DNA of 63,387 bases, counting the filler, from Chiloscyllium plagiosum (taxonomy: Eukaryota), in NCBI RefSeq assembly GCF_004010195.1. It is 3 parts of 3 records of this genome, joined end to end, with 100 filler letters (N's around TTAATTAATTAA, not from the genome) between each part and the next. Parts side by side here need not be neighbours in the genome. Positions count along the whole stretch, not along the records: positions 1 to 27,837 come from NC_057717.1; positions 27,938 to 51,163 come from NC_057748.1; 1 more part is not named here. One strand, given 5' to 3'. Under the pieces are notes generated by a model. That model made no database searches. It saw only the letters and a program-made list of their open reading frames with translations, and was not told where the DNA came from. Shown one piece after another: positions 23,830 to 34,779 of this stretch. The stretch's first letter is position 1, and each line of letters begins with the position of its first letter. Both the position numbers and the translations under genes were made by a program.

Positions 23830-25750
23830 GTGACAAATCAGGGAGGGGGAGAGTTACCTGGGAACTGTGTTTCAGGAGGCTGTCATGTCCATTTGACTAA
23901 CTAGCTTGATTTTGTTCAGTGGTTTGGGATAGGGGGAATGTACTATAAGAAAGTGAGGACTGCAGATGATGAATATCAGAATCGAGAGTGTGTGGTGCTG
24001 GAAAAGCACAGGTTATGCAGCATCCAAGGAGCTGGAAAGTCAATGTTTTGGACAAAAACACTTCATCAGGAATGAGGCTGGGAGCCTCCGGGATGGAGAG
24101 ATAAATGGGAGGGGGGTGGGGCTGGGGAGAAGGTAGCTGAGAGTGCAATAGGTAGATGGAAGTGGAGGTGATAAAATCCCTACAGGGAATCCCGAAGGAA
24201 CTATAACAGCATACAGGTAGATGAATTGACAATGTAAATCAAGGTAATTAAATATGATCTCATAGCTGCTATGGATATATGGTTACAAGGAGATCAAAAC
24301 GAGAAACTTAACATTCAGGGATATTTGACCTTTCAGAAGATGGAAGAAGGGAAAAGGTGGTGGAATAGTTGTGTTAATAAGAAACATTATGACAATAATT
24401 GTATGAGATGATCTAGGCTCAGATGATGTAGATTCCATTTGGGTGGATATAAAAAACAACATGGGTAAGAGTAGTATATAGACCGCAAACAGTTTGCACT
24501 CTTTAGGAAAGACTTTAAATCAGCAACTCATAGGAGCATGTAAAAAGAATTGAGCAATAGTTATGGGTTACTTTAATCTTCATGTTAATTAGGTTACTTC
24601 AATTGGAAAAGGTAGCAATGACAACAAATTGATAGAGTGCATTAGGTATAGTTTGATAGAGCAATACCTTATGGAACAGAGAGCAGGCTATCTTGGACCA
24701 TGTAATGGGTAGTGAGGAGGTTTAACAAATGGCATCTGAGTAAAAGGTCACCCAGGAAGTAGTGATCATAATATGATAGATTTTAATATTCATTCCAACA
24801 GTGAGAAACCTGGGTCAGAAAAAAAACTGTTTAACTTAAATAAAGGGAATTATAATGAAATGAAGTTGGTGTTAGCTAAAATGAACTAGGCAGATAGATT
24901 ACCAGGAATGACAGTAAGCAAGCAGTGGTAGACATTTAAGGAGGAAATTCATGACTCTCAGCATGGATGTATCCCAGGAGAGATGAAAGATTCTAATAGA
25001 GATAAACCAATCATGGCTAACCAAGTAAGTTAAAGAGAGCAGTAAGTTGAAATAAAAAGCAGACAAGGAGGCCAAAGACTGGAATAAATTCAGAATCCAT
25101 CAAAGGTGGACTAAAAAGTTAATGAAGTCAGAGATAACAAATTATATGGGAAAATTAGTGAGAATATGAAAACTGACAATAAGAGAGTCTTTAAATATAC
25201 AACAATGAAGAGAGAGGTCAATGTGTACATAGTTTCAGATACACTAATGAGGCTAAAAGCAGATTAATACCCTGACCCTGATGTCTTGCATCCTAGGATC
25301 CTAAAAGAAGTAACTACAGCGATAGTAGACGCATTTAGTTGTAATTTTCAAAAACTCCTTGGATTCTGGAGAAGTAGCAGAGATAGAAAACTGCCATTGT
25401 GACATCCCTCTTCAAAAAGGGGGGGAGACAAAAAGCAGGTAACCATAGGCTAATTAACCTAACATCTATTGTTGGAAAAAAATTGGAATCAATTATTAAG
25501 GAAGTATTTGCAGAACAATTGGAAAATCATAACCCAATCAAAGTCAGCACGGCTCCATGAAAAAGAAATTATGTCTGATTAATTTATTAAAGTTTTTTTG
25601 AGCAAGTCTCAATCAGAGTGGGTAGAAGAGAACTAGTGACTGTGTCGTATTAGGAATTCCAGAAGGTGTTCGTCATGGTACCTCACAAAAGGTTAAGTCG
25701 TAAAATAAGAAACAATGGTGTCGGAACTAGTAGACTGGTATGGATAGAGA
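23830..25750 (+). mobile_element. Degenerate CR1 LINE (endonuclease to RT), interrupted by a PLE 3' end at about 23950-24172(-)
   Basis: GKGGGIV, SDHNMI, PDVLHPRILKE, NHRLINLTSIVGK, FQKVF remnants. Confidence 0.8.
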
Positions 25751-25754
25751 CAAT

Positions 25755-25980
25755 GAGGTCTGCAGATGCTGGAGCTCAGAGTTGAGAGTGTGTGGCTGGT
25801 AAAGCATAGCAGGTCAGGCAACATCCAAGGAGCAGGAAAATTGACATTCCAGGCTGGAGCCCTTCATCAGGAATGAAGCTGGGAGCCTCGAGGATGGAGA
25901 GATAAATGGGAGAGTGGTGGGGATGGGGACAAGGGGGCTGAGAGTGCAATATGTGGTTGGAGGTGGGGGTAAGGGTAATA
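25755..25980 (-). mobile_element. PLE family A 3' end leading into the minisatellite
   Basis: Reverse-complement tail and degenerate hammerhead; colinear with 7493-7770 and 23950-24172. Confidence 0.75.
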
Positions 25981-27837
25981 GGTCGGACAGGAGGGTGGAC
26001 CGGATAGGTGGGAAGGAAGATAGACAGGTGGGGATAGGTGGGAAGGAAGTTAGGCAGGTGGGGACANNNNNNNNNNNNNNNNNNNNNNNNNNNNNNNNNN
26101 NNNNNNNNNNNNNNNNNNNNNNNNNNNNNNNNNNNNNNNNNNNNNNNNNNNNNNNNNNNNNNNNNNNNNNNNNNNNNNNNNNNNNNNNNNNNNNNNNNNN
26201 NNNNNNNNNNNNNNNNNNNNNNNNNNNNNNNNNNNNNNNNNNNNNNNNNNNNNNNNNNNNNNNNNNNNNNNNNNNNNNNNNNNNNNNNNNNNNNNNNNNN
26301 NNNNNNNNNNNNNNNNNNNNNNNNNNNNNNNNNNNNNNNNNNNNNNNNNNNNNNNNNNNNNNNNNNNNNNNNNNNNNNNNNNNNNNNNNNNNNNNNNNNN
26401 NNNNNNNNNNNNNNNNNNNNNNNNNNNNNNNNNNNNNNNNNNNNNNNNNNNNNNNNNNNNNNNNNNNNNNNNNNNNNNNNNNNNNNNNNNNNNNNNNNNN
26501 NNNNNNNNNNNNNNNNNNNNNNNNNNNNNNNNNNNNNNNNNNNNNNNNNNNNNNNNNNNNNNNNNNNNNNNNNNNNNNNNNNNNNNNNNNNNNNNNNNNN
26601 NNNNNNNNNNNNNNNNNNNNNNNNNNNNNNNNNNNNNNNNNNNNNNNNNNNNNNNNNNNNNNNNNNNNNNNNNNNNNNNNNNNNNNNGAAAGATAGACGG
26701 GTGGGGACAGGTGGGAAGGAAGATAGACGGTTGGGGAACAGGTGGGAAGGAAGATAGACGGGTGGTGTTAGGTGGGAATGTAAATAGACGGGTGGCGACA
26801 GGTGGGAAAGACTATAGACGGGTGGGGATAGGTGGGAATGTAAATAGACGGTTGGGGACAGGTGGGAAGGAAGATAGACGGGCGGGAACAGGTGGGAAGG
26901 AAGATAGATGGGTGGTGAGAAGTGGAAAGGGAAGATAGACGGGTGGGATCGGTGGGAAAGAAGATAGACGGGTGGGGATAAGTGGGAAGGAAGATAGACA
27001 GGTGGGGATAGGTGGGAAAGAAGATAGACAGGTGGGAAGGAAGATCAACGCTTGGTCACAGGTGGGAAGGAAGTAGACGGGTGGGATAGGTGGGAAAGAA
27101 GATAGACGGGTGGGGACAGGTGGGAACGAAGATAGATGGGTGGGGATAGGTGAGAAGGAAGATAGACTGGTGGGGATAGTTGGGAAGGAAGTTAGACGGC
27201 TGGGGACAGGTGGGAAAGATGATAGACGGCTGGCAGCTGGGAAAGATAGACGGGTGGGGACAGGTGGGAAGGAAGATAGACGGTTGGGGAACAGGTGGGA
27301 AGGAAGATAGACGGGTGGTGTTAGGTGGGAATGTAAATAGACGGGTGGCGACAGGTGGGAAAGACTATAGACGGGTGGGGATAGGTGGGAATGTAAATAG
27401 ACGGTTGGGGACAGGTGGGAAGGAAGATAGACGGGCGGGAACAGGTGGGAAGGAAGATAGATGGGTGGTGAGAAGTGGAAAGGAAGATAGACAGGTGGGG
27501 ACAGGTGGGAAGGAAGATAGACGGGTGGGGATAAGTGGGAAGGAAGAGAGACAGGTGGGGATAGGTGGGAAAGAAGATAGACGGGTGGGGACAGGTGGGA
27601 AGGAAGTGGGAAGGAAGATAGACGGGTGGGAACAGGTGGGAAGGAAGTTGATGGGTGGGGACAGGTGGGAAGAAAGATAGACGGGTGGGGACAGGTGGAA
27701 AGGAAATAGACGGGTGGGAATAGGTAGGAAGTAAGATAGATGGGTTGGGACAGGGGGAAAGGAGGATAGACGGGTGGGGACAGGTGGGAAGGAAGATAGA
27801 CAGGTTGGGACAGGTGGAAAGGAAGATAGATGGGTGG
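25980..27837. repeat. G-rich minisatellite, about 30-bp unit AGGTGGGAAGGAAGATAGACGGGTGGGGAC (includes N gap 26067-26687)
   Basis: Dozens of tandem units; the block at 26688 recurs at 27241. Confidence 0.95.
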
Positions 27838-27937
27838 NNNNNNNNNNNNNNNNNNNNNNNNNNNNNNNNNNNNNNNNNNNNTTAATTAATTAANNNNNNN
27901 NNNNNNNNNNNNNNNNNNNNNNNNNNNNNNNNNNNNN
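27838..27937. other. Artificial 100-bp contig spacer N44-TTAATTAATTAA-N44
   Basis: 12-mer with stops in all six frames, centred in Ns; identical to 51164-51263. Confidence 0.95.
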
Positions 27938-27965
27938 CACAAATTGATCTAGCACTGTCACTTAC

Positions 27966-28032
27966 CAGGGACACCAATGATAGCAAGGATCATGTAGAAT
28001 ATTCTCTTACTTCTGTAGATTAATTCACGCAT
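27966..28032 (-). CDS. GPR139-like GPCR, exon 1 (exon 2 not in this contig)
   Basis: MRELIYRSKRIFYMILAIIGVP G|gtaagt; same 67-nt length and donor context as 36641-36707. Confidence 0.8.
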
Positions 28033-28199
28033 TTTATACTTCTAATGATTTGTCCTTGCCTATTGGAAACAATCTCTCAAACTTAACCTGTGAGGTGATG
28101 CATTAATGGTGCATTTAATGTGTACCCATGCTAAGTCCCCAGAGAGTCAGAAATTGCAATATTGTTGGAGTAAGGTGTTTTTAATTGTAACTAACAGGT

Positions 28200-28805
28200 T
28201 GCAACATGCCTTAGTTTCTGTTTTTGTTGGAATATGCTCATGACAAAAGAAATTGGAAATATTCCACAGCCTAGGAAATTTGGATCAACGCAATTAAATA
28301 ATTAAATTGCATGGTGCCTTTTTCCAACAATGACAATATTCACTCAAATTCAGGCAGAAAGAATAAAGAAGAGGCACATTATAAAAATTATAGGAAGTTG
28401 TTGAGTTTCGAGATGCAGAGTGATCTTGGTGTCCTAGTGTAGCAACTGCAGAATGTTTGTCAGCAGGTGCAGTAAGTAACTACGAAATCCTAAACAATGT
28501 CTTATTTTATTGTGAGAGAGATTGAGTGCCAGAGTATTGAGGTTATTCTTCATTTATAGTAGGAATGAGTAAGACCACATCTGGAGTACAATGCATAGTA
28601 CTGGTCACTGTACTTACAGAAATATGTTAATGTGTTGGAAGCTTTTCACAGAGGTATTCCAAGGACAGTATCTTAAATGTTTGAATTACCTCAGAGGAAA
28701 GGTGAGACAGACAAAACCTATTACATGGAGTTTAGAACAATCACAGGTGACTTAATTGAAACCTAGAATGTCTTAAAATGCCCAGACCAGATAGATGTGG
28801 AAAGA
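28200..28805 (+). mobile_element. Old CR1 RT fragment
   Basis: QSDLGVLV and VRPHLEY remnants. Confidence 0.6.
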
Positions 28806-28809
28806 ACAT

Positions 28810-29450
28810 CGTTATTGGCCAGGCTAGATACCGTCAAAACGTTTAAAGAAGGTAGCCCAGACCCTAACTTTTCTGGTCGTTTTGAGCAGGTGTACATTGG
28901 ATATTGCAGAAGTGATGCAGCTGGTCAAAACCTCTCGGTTTTTAATAAAATGGAATTTATTTACAGAGCCCCGAATGAAACACAAACAAAAGAGTACAGA
29001 ATACAGAATAACTTAACATATCCGAAAACCCAAAAGCTTAATGATACTGTTCCACCTACTTTCAGCATCTCCATAAACACCCCCTTGGCAAAAAGTGGTA
29101 AAATCATACACAGATTCTTAGAGGAGAGATGTCAAGGAGAGAAAGGACGAGCATGGAACAGTTTTGTTGACCAGCAGCTTGAAAAAAACTGACTGCTTGC
29201 TAAAACGAAACCAAATCAAACCATACCAGAGAAAAGCTGAGTTGGGATAACTGGTCACTCCCCTTTCATTGTACAAGTGGTTTTTTTTTTTCTAACTTGA
29301 AAGCCTTTTACCTGAGACAGTATCTGTTAGCTACAATCAATTTGGCCCTAAAACCCGGACACCAGAAACATCAGAACCTATGCATTTATGACCCATCTGA
29401 AAGAAAATCCAAGGGCAATCTCAACTTGTTAAAGAAGCAACATCTTCATA
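28810..29450 (-). mobile_element. Solo LTR (Gmr1/Gypsy family)
   Basis: Colinear with 31128-31723; its end resembles the reverse complement of the end of the LTR at 39696-40342. Confidence 0.65.
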
Positions 29451-29609
29451 ATATTTTCTCCTTTTAGAGAATCTAGAACTGGGGTATTAGTTTAAAAATA
29501 AGGGGTCAAACATTTCAAACATAATAAGGCCACGACGGAGAACAGTGGAAGAGGGAAGAAACAATTTACAATTTAAGATGAAGAGAGATAGATATGCTTC
29601 CCCGCATCC

Positions 29610-29895
29610 CTTTGTCTCTATCAGATACTCCCAGGACAGATACAGCACGTAGTTAGATACAGAATGAAGCTCCCTCTACACTGTCCCCCATCAAACGCTC
29701 CCAGGACAGGGAAAGCACGGAGTTAGATACAGAAAAGCTTCCCCTATAGTGCATCCCACTTATCAAATATTCCCAAAGGCAGGGACAGCGCGGGGTTGGA
29801 TACAGAGTAAAGCTCCCTCTGCACTGCCTCCCTTCCATCAAACACTCACAGAACAGGTGTAGCTCTGGGTTCAATACAGAGGAAAGCTCCCTCCT
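29610..29895. repeat. About 60-bp tandem repeat, 4-5 diverged copies
   Basis: Unit GGACAGCACGGGGTTAGATACAGAGTAAAGCTCCCTCTACACTGTCCCCATCAAACACTCCCA. Confidence 0.85.
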
Positions 29896-30074
29896 GATAT
29901 TTTTCGATGAACCTGTTTGTGGATATCGTTACACAGTCCTGGAGCAGATGGTACTTGAACATTAACCTCCTGGCTCAGAGGTATAGAAGAATAATAGGCA
30001 ACACTGTGTCATCTATCCTTCAAATGTGACTGTTTGAACCACAGCACCAATCCACAGAATCGTAATGCAGATTA

Positions 30075-30252
30075 TGGTGGATTAACCATGCTAAATTGCC
30101 CATAGTGTTCTGGGAGGTAAAGGTTAGATGCATTAATCGGGGTAAATGTGGAGGGATGGGTTTTGGTGGGATACTCTTTGGAAGTTCAATGTGGATATGT
30201 TGGGCTGAAGGGCCTGTTTCCACACTGTAGGGATTCGATGATTCTATGATTC
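30075..30252 (+). mobile_element. HE1 SINE 3' half
   Basis: CCATGCTAAATTGCCCATAGTG...GAAGGGCCTGTTTCCACACTGTAGGGATTC. Confidence 0.8.
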
Positions 30253-30435
30253 ATTGGTTATCCGTTAAATACCCAGGAAGGGGTCATTTAGCCCAATACA
30301 TTAATGTCCCTGCTCCATATAGACGTCTGAATGTATTCATCTTAAGACCATCAGTATATCCTCATATTCTTTCATCCCACAATTGTTATTAAGTACTCCC
30401 TCCTCACTGGTCCGCTTGTCAATCCAATGCAGATT

Positions 30436-30710
30436 CTATTTGGCAAAGCGACTGGTCAGAACTGAACAAGTACTTACAGTGCCATGGCTCCAAGCTCTTG
30501 CCGGGGCTGTGACGTTGCTCCTGATACTGTATGCTCCAATCGAGTCTCTTGTCCCAGAATCGGTCCAACCCCCAGTATCCCATTTGGAAACATTCCAGTG
30601 GATGGGGGCACTACGGGAGATCACTTTGTTCGCCAAACACGTCAATGGGATAGTTTCCATAGAAAATCTGCCATCTAGCGGCGAAGATAAGATTAATATG
30701 TTTGGGGCAC
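30436..30710 (-). pseudogene. Ig C1-set domain exon of a non-rearranging antigen-receptor-like gene
   Basis: catcag|GT acceptor, phase 1; GAPNILILSSPLDGRFSMETIPLTCLANK..IHWNVS..GWTDSGTRDSIGAYSIRSNVTAPARAWSHGTVSTCSV; early TAG at 30436-30438. Confidence 0.75.
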
Positions 30711-30801
30711 CTGATGGCGCTTAAGAGGAATGAAGCATTTTCAGTTCACCATTGCTGGTCAATTCACAGTGAAAATTGAATCGATTTACCTTAATTCTTA
30801 A

Positions 30802-31127
30802 CTGTTACGAGCAATTTTGAACCATTTCCAAATATAAGGGATATTCCAAAGAATTTGCACAGTAATAAACACCCGAATCATTTCTCTGCACGCCCTCAGT
30901 CACCAGTGTATCTGTAGTCTGCCTACCATCAACTTCAATCTTCCATCCGGGGGCTTGCCTTTTTTCGCATTATAAGTGAGTTGCAGAGGTTCTCGTCGCT
31001 GCTGCTTGAACCAACGAACATTTCCCTTCGCAAACCAACTCATGTGGCAACACAGCTTAACAGTGCTCCCAACCGAGACAATTTGAAGAGCTGAAGTCTG
31101 CTCGAGCACAGCCTGAGAGACAGTAAT
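30802..31127 (-). pseudogene. Germline-joined VJ-type Ig V-domain exon with two frameshifts
   Basis: QAVLEQTS..VGSTVKLCCHM..VRWFKQQ..DGR / TLVTEGVQRNDSGVYYCA / LIFGNGSKLLVT; no RSS between V and J; donor degraded. Confidence 0.85.
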
Positions 31128-31723
31128 TGAGGGGTATTGGACTAGGTTCGACCCACTCAAAACATTTCAAGAAAATAGCCCGGACCCTAACTTTGCTAGT
31201 TGTTTTAAGCAGGTGTACTGTGGATACTCCAGGAGAGAGGCAGCTAGCCCAACCAACTAGTTTTAAACAAAACAAGTTATTTGCAAGGTTTCCAAATGAA
31301 ACACAAAGAAAAGCGAACAGATTACAGAATAACCTAATCTATCTGAAAACCCAATAGATTGTCTTAACATAATGATGCTGTTCCAAATTCCTGCAACAAT
31401 CTCCAGAAACACCCCTTGCTAAAATAAAAAGGACCTTACTGCGGACAGATGGTGGAGAGATTCCGCATAGCTGTTTCTTGGACTGCAGTCTCAAAACTGA
31501 CTGCTTGCTTTCAGTGATCAGCCAGACTGCTGAAACCAAACCAAACCAGAGGAAAGCTGAGCTGGGAGAACTGTCCACTTCCCTTTCCATTGTACAATTT
31601 TCTTTTCAACTTGAAAGCATTCTCAAGAATTAAACCCGGGCTTTTCGAATCGCTCCTTTTACGACCTTTCTAGAGGAAAAAGCGAAGGGCAGCATAACCT
31701 TGTTAAAGGAGCATTATCATCAC
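31128..31723 (-). mobile_element. Solo LTR inserted at the 5' edge of the VJ exon
   Basis: TG...CA termini; homologous to 28810-29450. Confidence 0.7.
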
Positions 31724-31938
31724 AGCGATAACAGGACATGCTGTGATTCGGCAGACAGCAAATGGAGCTGTGCTCGACAAAGGCAACTTTAGATCGTAAA
31801 CTGAATGACAAATTATTCATGGGGCACCAATCAGATAAAATGATGAGAGAAAGAGAAAGGAAGTCAGGCAGACAGGGAAGCAGAAGGAAATAACAAATGA
31901 AAGACAGATGAATGAATTAATGAGAGAAAGGAAGAAAG

Positions 31939-32236
31939 GGCGGCACTGCGGCTCAGTGGTTAGCAAAACTGCTTCACAGCACCAGGGACCCGCGTTCGAT
32001 TCCTGCTTCATGCAACTGTCTGTGTGAGCTTACTCTGGGTGCTCTGGTTTCCTCCCACAGGCCAAAGATGTGCAGGTTGGGTGAATTGGCCATGCTAAAG
32101 TGCCCATCATGTTAGGGGCATTCATCAGGGGTAAACACAAGGTAGGGGAATGGGTCTGGGTAGGTTATTCTTTGAAGGGTTGGTGTGGACTTGCTGGGCT
32201 AAAGGGCCTGTTTCCACACTGGAGGGAATCTAATCA
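31939..32236 (+). mobile_element. HE1-type SINE
   Basis: A/B boxes, core with internal deletion, HER1 tail. Confidence 0.85.
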
Positions 32237-32489
32237 TAGATACGTTCTTGATTCGTGGAGGGAACCAGTGAAAAGACAGGAGAGTGGAGTTGGCACAGCA
32301 CATCAGCAGACTCGGTGGGCTGAATGGCCTCATTCTGGTCCTATTTAGGCAACTACAATCATGCAATGATCTGCATTTCACCTGCCACTCTCTCCATCCC
32401 ACCCCAAGCTTTACTTTTTAACTGGCTCCATTCCATGGTTTCTCACAGGGCAACAGATCAGTCTTCTCTCGACCATAACTCCATTCTCT

Positions 32490-32900
32490 CTTTTTTATTC
32501 AATTTTTCGCACCAGCCTGTTCAGAGATGTTATGACATGTGAACCTGGAGCATATGGGGCTTGAACCCGTGCATTGCCACTTCACCACACGGTGACTACA
32601 CTTTCCATGTAAAAACATTGCCCATGACTTTTTAAAATCTCCCTCCTCTCGCCTTAAAAATATGTCCTGTGGTCTTGAAATCCCCCACTCCAAGGAAAAG
32701 ACCGCTACTATTCACCTAATCTATACCTTCCATGGCTTGATAAACCTTTCTAAGGTCACCCCCTCAACTTTCAATGTAAAAAGCCCCATCCTATCCAGGC
32801 TCCCCTTGTAAGTCTACCCTCTATTCCCATAATATCCTGGTAAATCTCTTCTGAACCCTCTCCAGCTTCATAACCAGAACTGGACTCAGTGCTCCAGAGA
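32490..32900 (-). mobile_element. CR1 3' fragment
   Basis: Reverse strand LEHWVQFWL..LERVQKRFTRIL-like remnants. Confidence 0.55.
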
Positions 32901-34751
32901 GTAACCAGATGTTGTTGAAACACATGTAAAAGTCGACTTCAGCATAATCTATCATAAAATAATGAGGCCAAAATAGTTACTTAATCTCGTGTTTGTGTTT
33001 GGTGACCACACTGCTCCTTTGGAAGTGTGACCCTTGGCATTAACCACATTATGAACTAATGTGCACATCTCCCTAATCTACACATCTCCCGTTGCTTTCA
33101 AGAGTTAACAGGTTAGCAACACAATGATATTGGCCCTCTACGTTCTGTCTCCAGGGTGTGATGGGATGTTGGGTACCATTCAAACTAGACGTTTGGTATT
33201 TCTCCTCATATTACAAGATAAACAGCAAGAGGACAATGATAGGCTCCTGGTGCGGATTTAGGGGCGAGTCAATAATGCGGACTGGCCAGAATGCAAACGA
33301 ATAGCATAACTGTAATTGATTACTGATTCCTAATCCTCTGGCTTCTGTGGCCTGAAACTTGCAGAGCATACTACAGGACACTGTTAAAACGGACATAACG
33401 TTATTTATGTTTATTTATGAACTATCAATAGTGTTTTTTTTTATTATTCACTCACGGGGTGAGGGCGTCGCAAGCCAAGCCAACCCTAATTGCCCAGATG
33501 GAAGTTAAGAGTCAACCACATTGCTGTGTGGAGTTACATTTAGGCCAGACTAGGTAAGGTAGGCAATTTCCTTCCCTAAAGGGCTTCAGTGAAACCAGAT
33601 GGGGTTTCCATCAATCAACATGGATTCATGGTCATCATTAGACTCTTACTTCGAGGTTTTGCTAGTTCAAATTCCACCACCTGCCTTTCTGGGATCTCTC
33701 CATCTAAGGGAGTCGAGGGTTCGAGGGAAAGGGTAGGAGAGTGGATACTAGGGATATCAGATCAGACACGATCCTGTTGAATGGTGAAGCAGGCCCGATG
33801 GGCAGATTGGTCCACTCCTGGTCCTATTTCTTGTGCTCTTGTGCCATCTGAAGATGATAAAAACGAGCAGACCTTTACAATCGGGCAAAAGACAAAAAGT
33901 TGTTAGTTCCATACCCTTCAGTTAGACTGTTGCAACGAGAATACCTCGAGAGTTTTGCAGTTTCAAAACAGATACTGCATAATGTTGAGCTGTGCAATAT
34001 AATGCTACTTTTTTAATGAGTGAGTGGGAGAAATCAAACCTGCGTAGCACTAAAAGTCTTTGAGTTAAAGAATGTCTGTCTGACAACAGCCCTCAAATGT
34101 GTCCAGCTGCAACGTGCTCAAAAGTTGTGACAGAGCGGCAACAGAGGGATAGCGTCCAAAGTGTGCAGACACAAAACATCCATCTCTCCCTCCTCACTCA
34201 GGAAAATGAAATAAATGTTAGCAGCAAAATTAGAAATAATTCGAAAACAGGGTAAGAACTGGGTCCTTCTGATTGAGATAACGGCAAATGGCATTCGTAG
34301 AGTCATACAGCATTTCAGTGCATCGAGTCTGTGTCAACCTATCTCCACTCTTTCTGCTTCCCAGCACTTGGCCCACAGTCATAGCTAAAATCACATGGAC
34401 TGTTGATTGCCTGAACTTTGTTTATCTTATCCTCATTATTTTCTGTCCAATGCATGTGCATTAAATGTGCATGGGAACACCAAAACTTTCAAGTTCCCCT
34501 CAGAGCCACTCACGATTCTGACTTGGAAGTATATCGCCATTCCTTCACTGTCGCTGGGTCAAAACGCTGTAATTCCTTCCCTGAGGGCATTGAGTGTCAA
34601 TCTACACCAGATGGACTACTGCAGTTCAAGAAGGCAGCTCAGCACCACCTTCTCATGGGGCAACCAGGGATGGGAAATAAATGTTGGCCAGCAACGAGCC
34701 AACATCCCACGATTTTCTTTATAGTCTAATGTCGTTTATCTGTTGTAATCA

Positions 34752-34779
34752 TGTGTGTGTGTGTGTGTGTGTGTGTGTG
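34752..34779. repeat. (TG)n microsatellite
   Basis: About 14 TG units. Confidence 0.95.

Noticed and set aside
25914-27680. Long G/K/E/D/R-repeat ORFs
   Set aside because: Translations of the minisatellite and N gaps
27882-27893. TTAATTAATTAA palindrome as a biological site
   Set aside because: Sits centred in Ns twice with identical geometry; it is an assembly spacer
29610-29895. CRISPR-like array
   Set aside because: Eukaryotic DNA; contiguous tandem units without unique spacers
30765-30771. Perfect RSS heptamer CACAGTG in the VJ-C1 intron
   Set aside because: No nonamer at 12 or 23 bp, and wrong position for V(D)J joining
34190-34260. Hydrophobic minus-strand stretch FLILLLTFISFS before a GTGAG, as a candidate leader exon for the VJ gene
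   Set aside because: No in-frame ATG nearby and a stop before the donor
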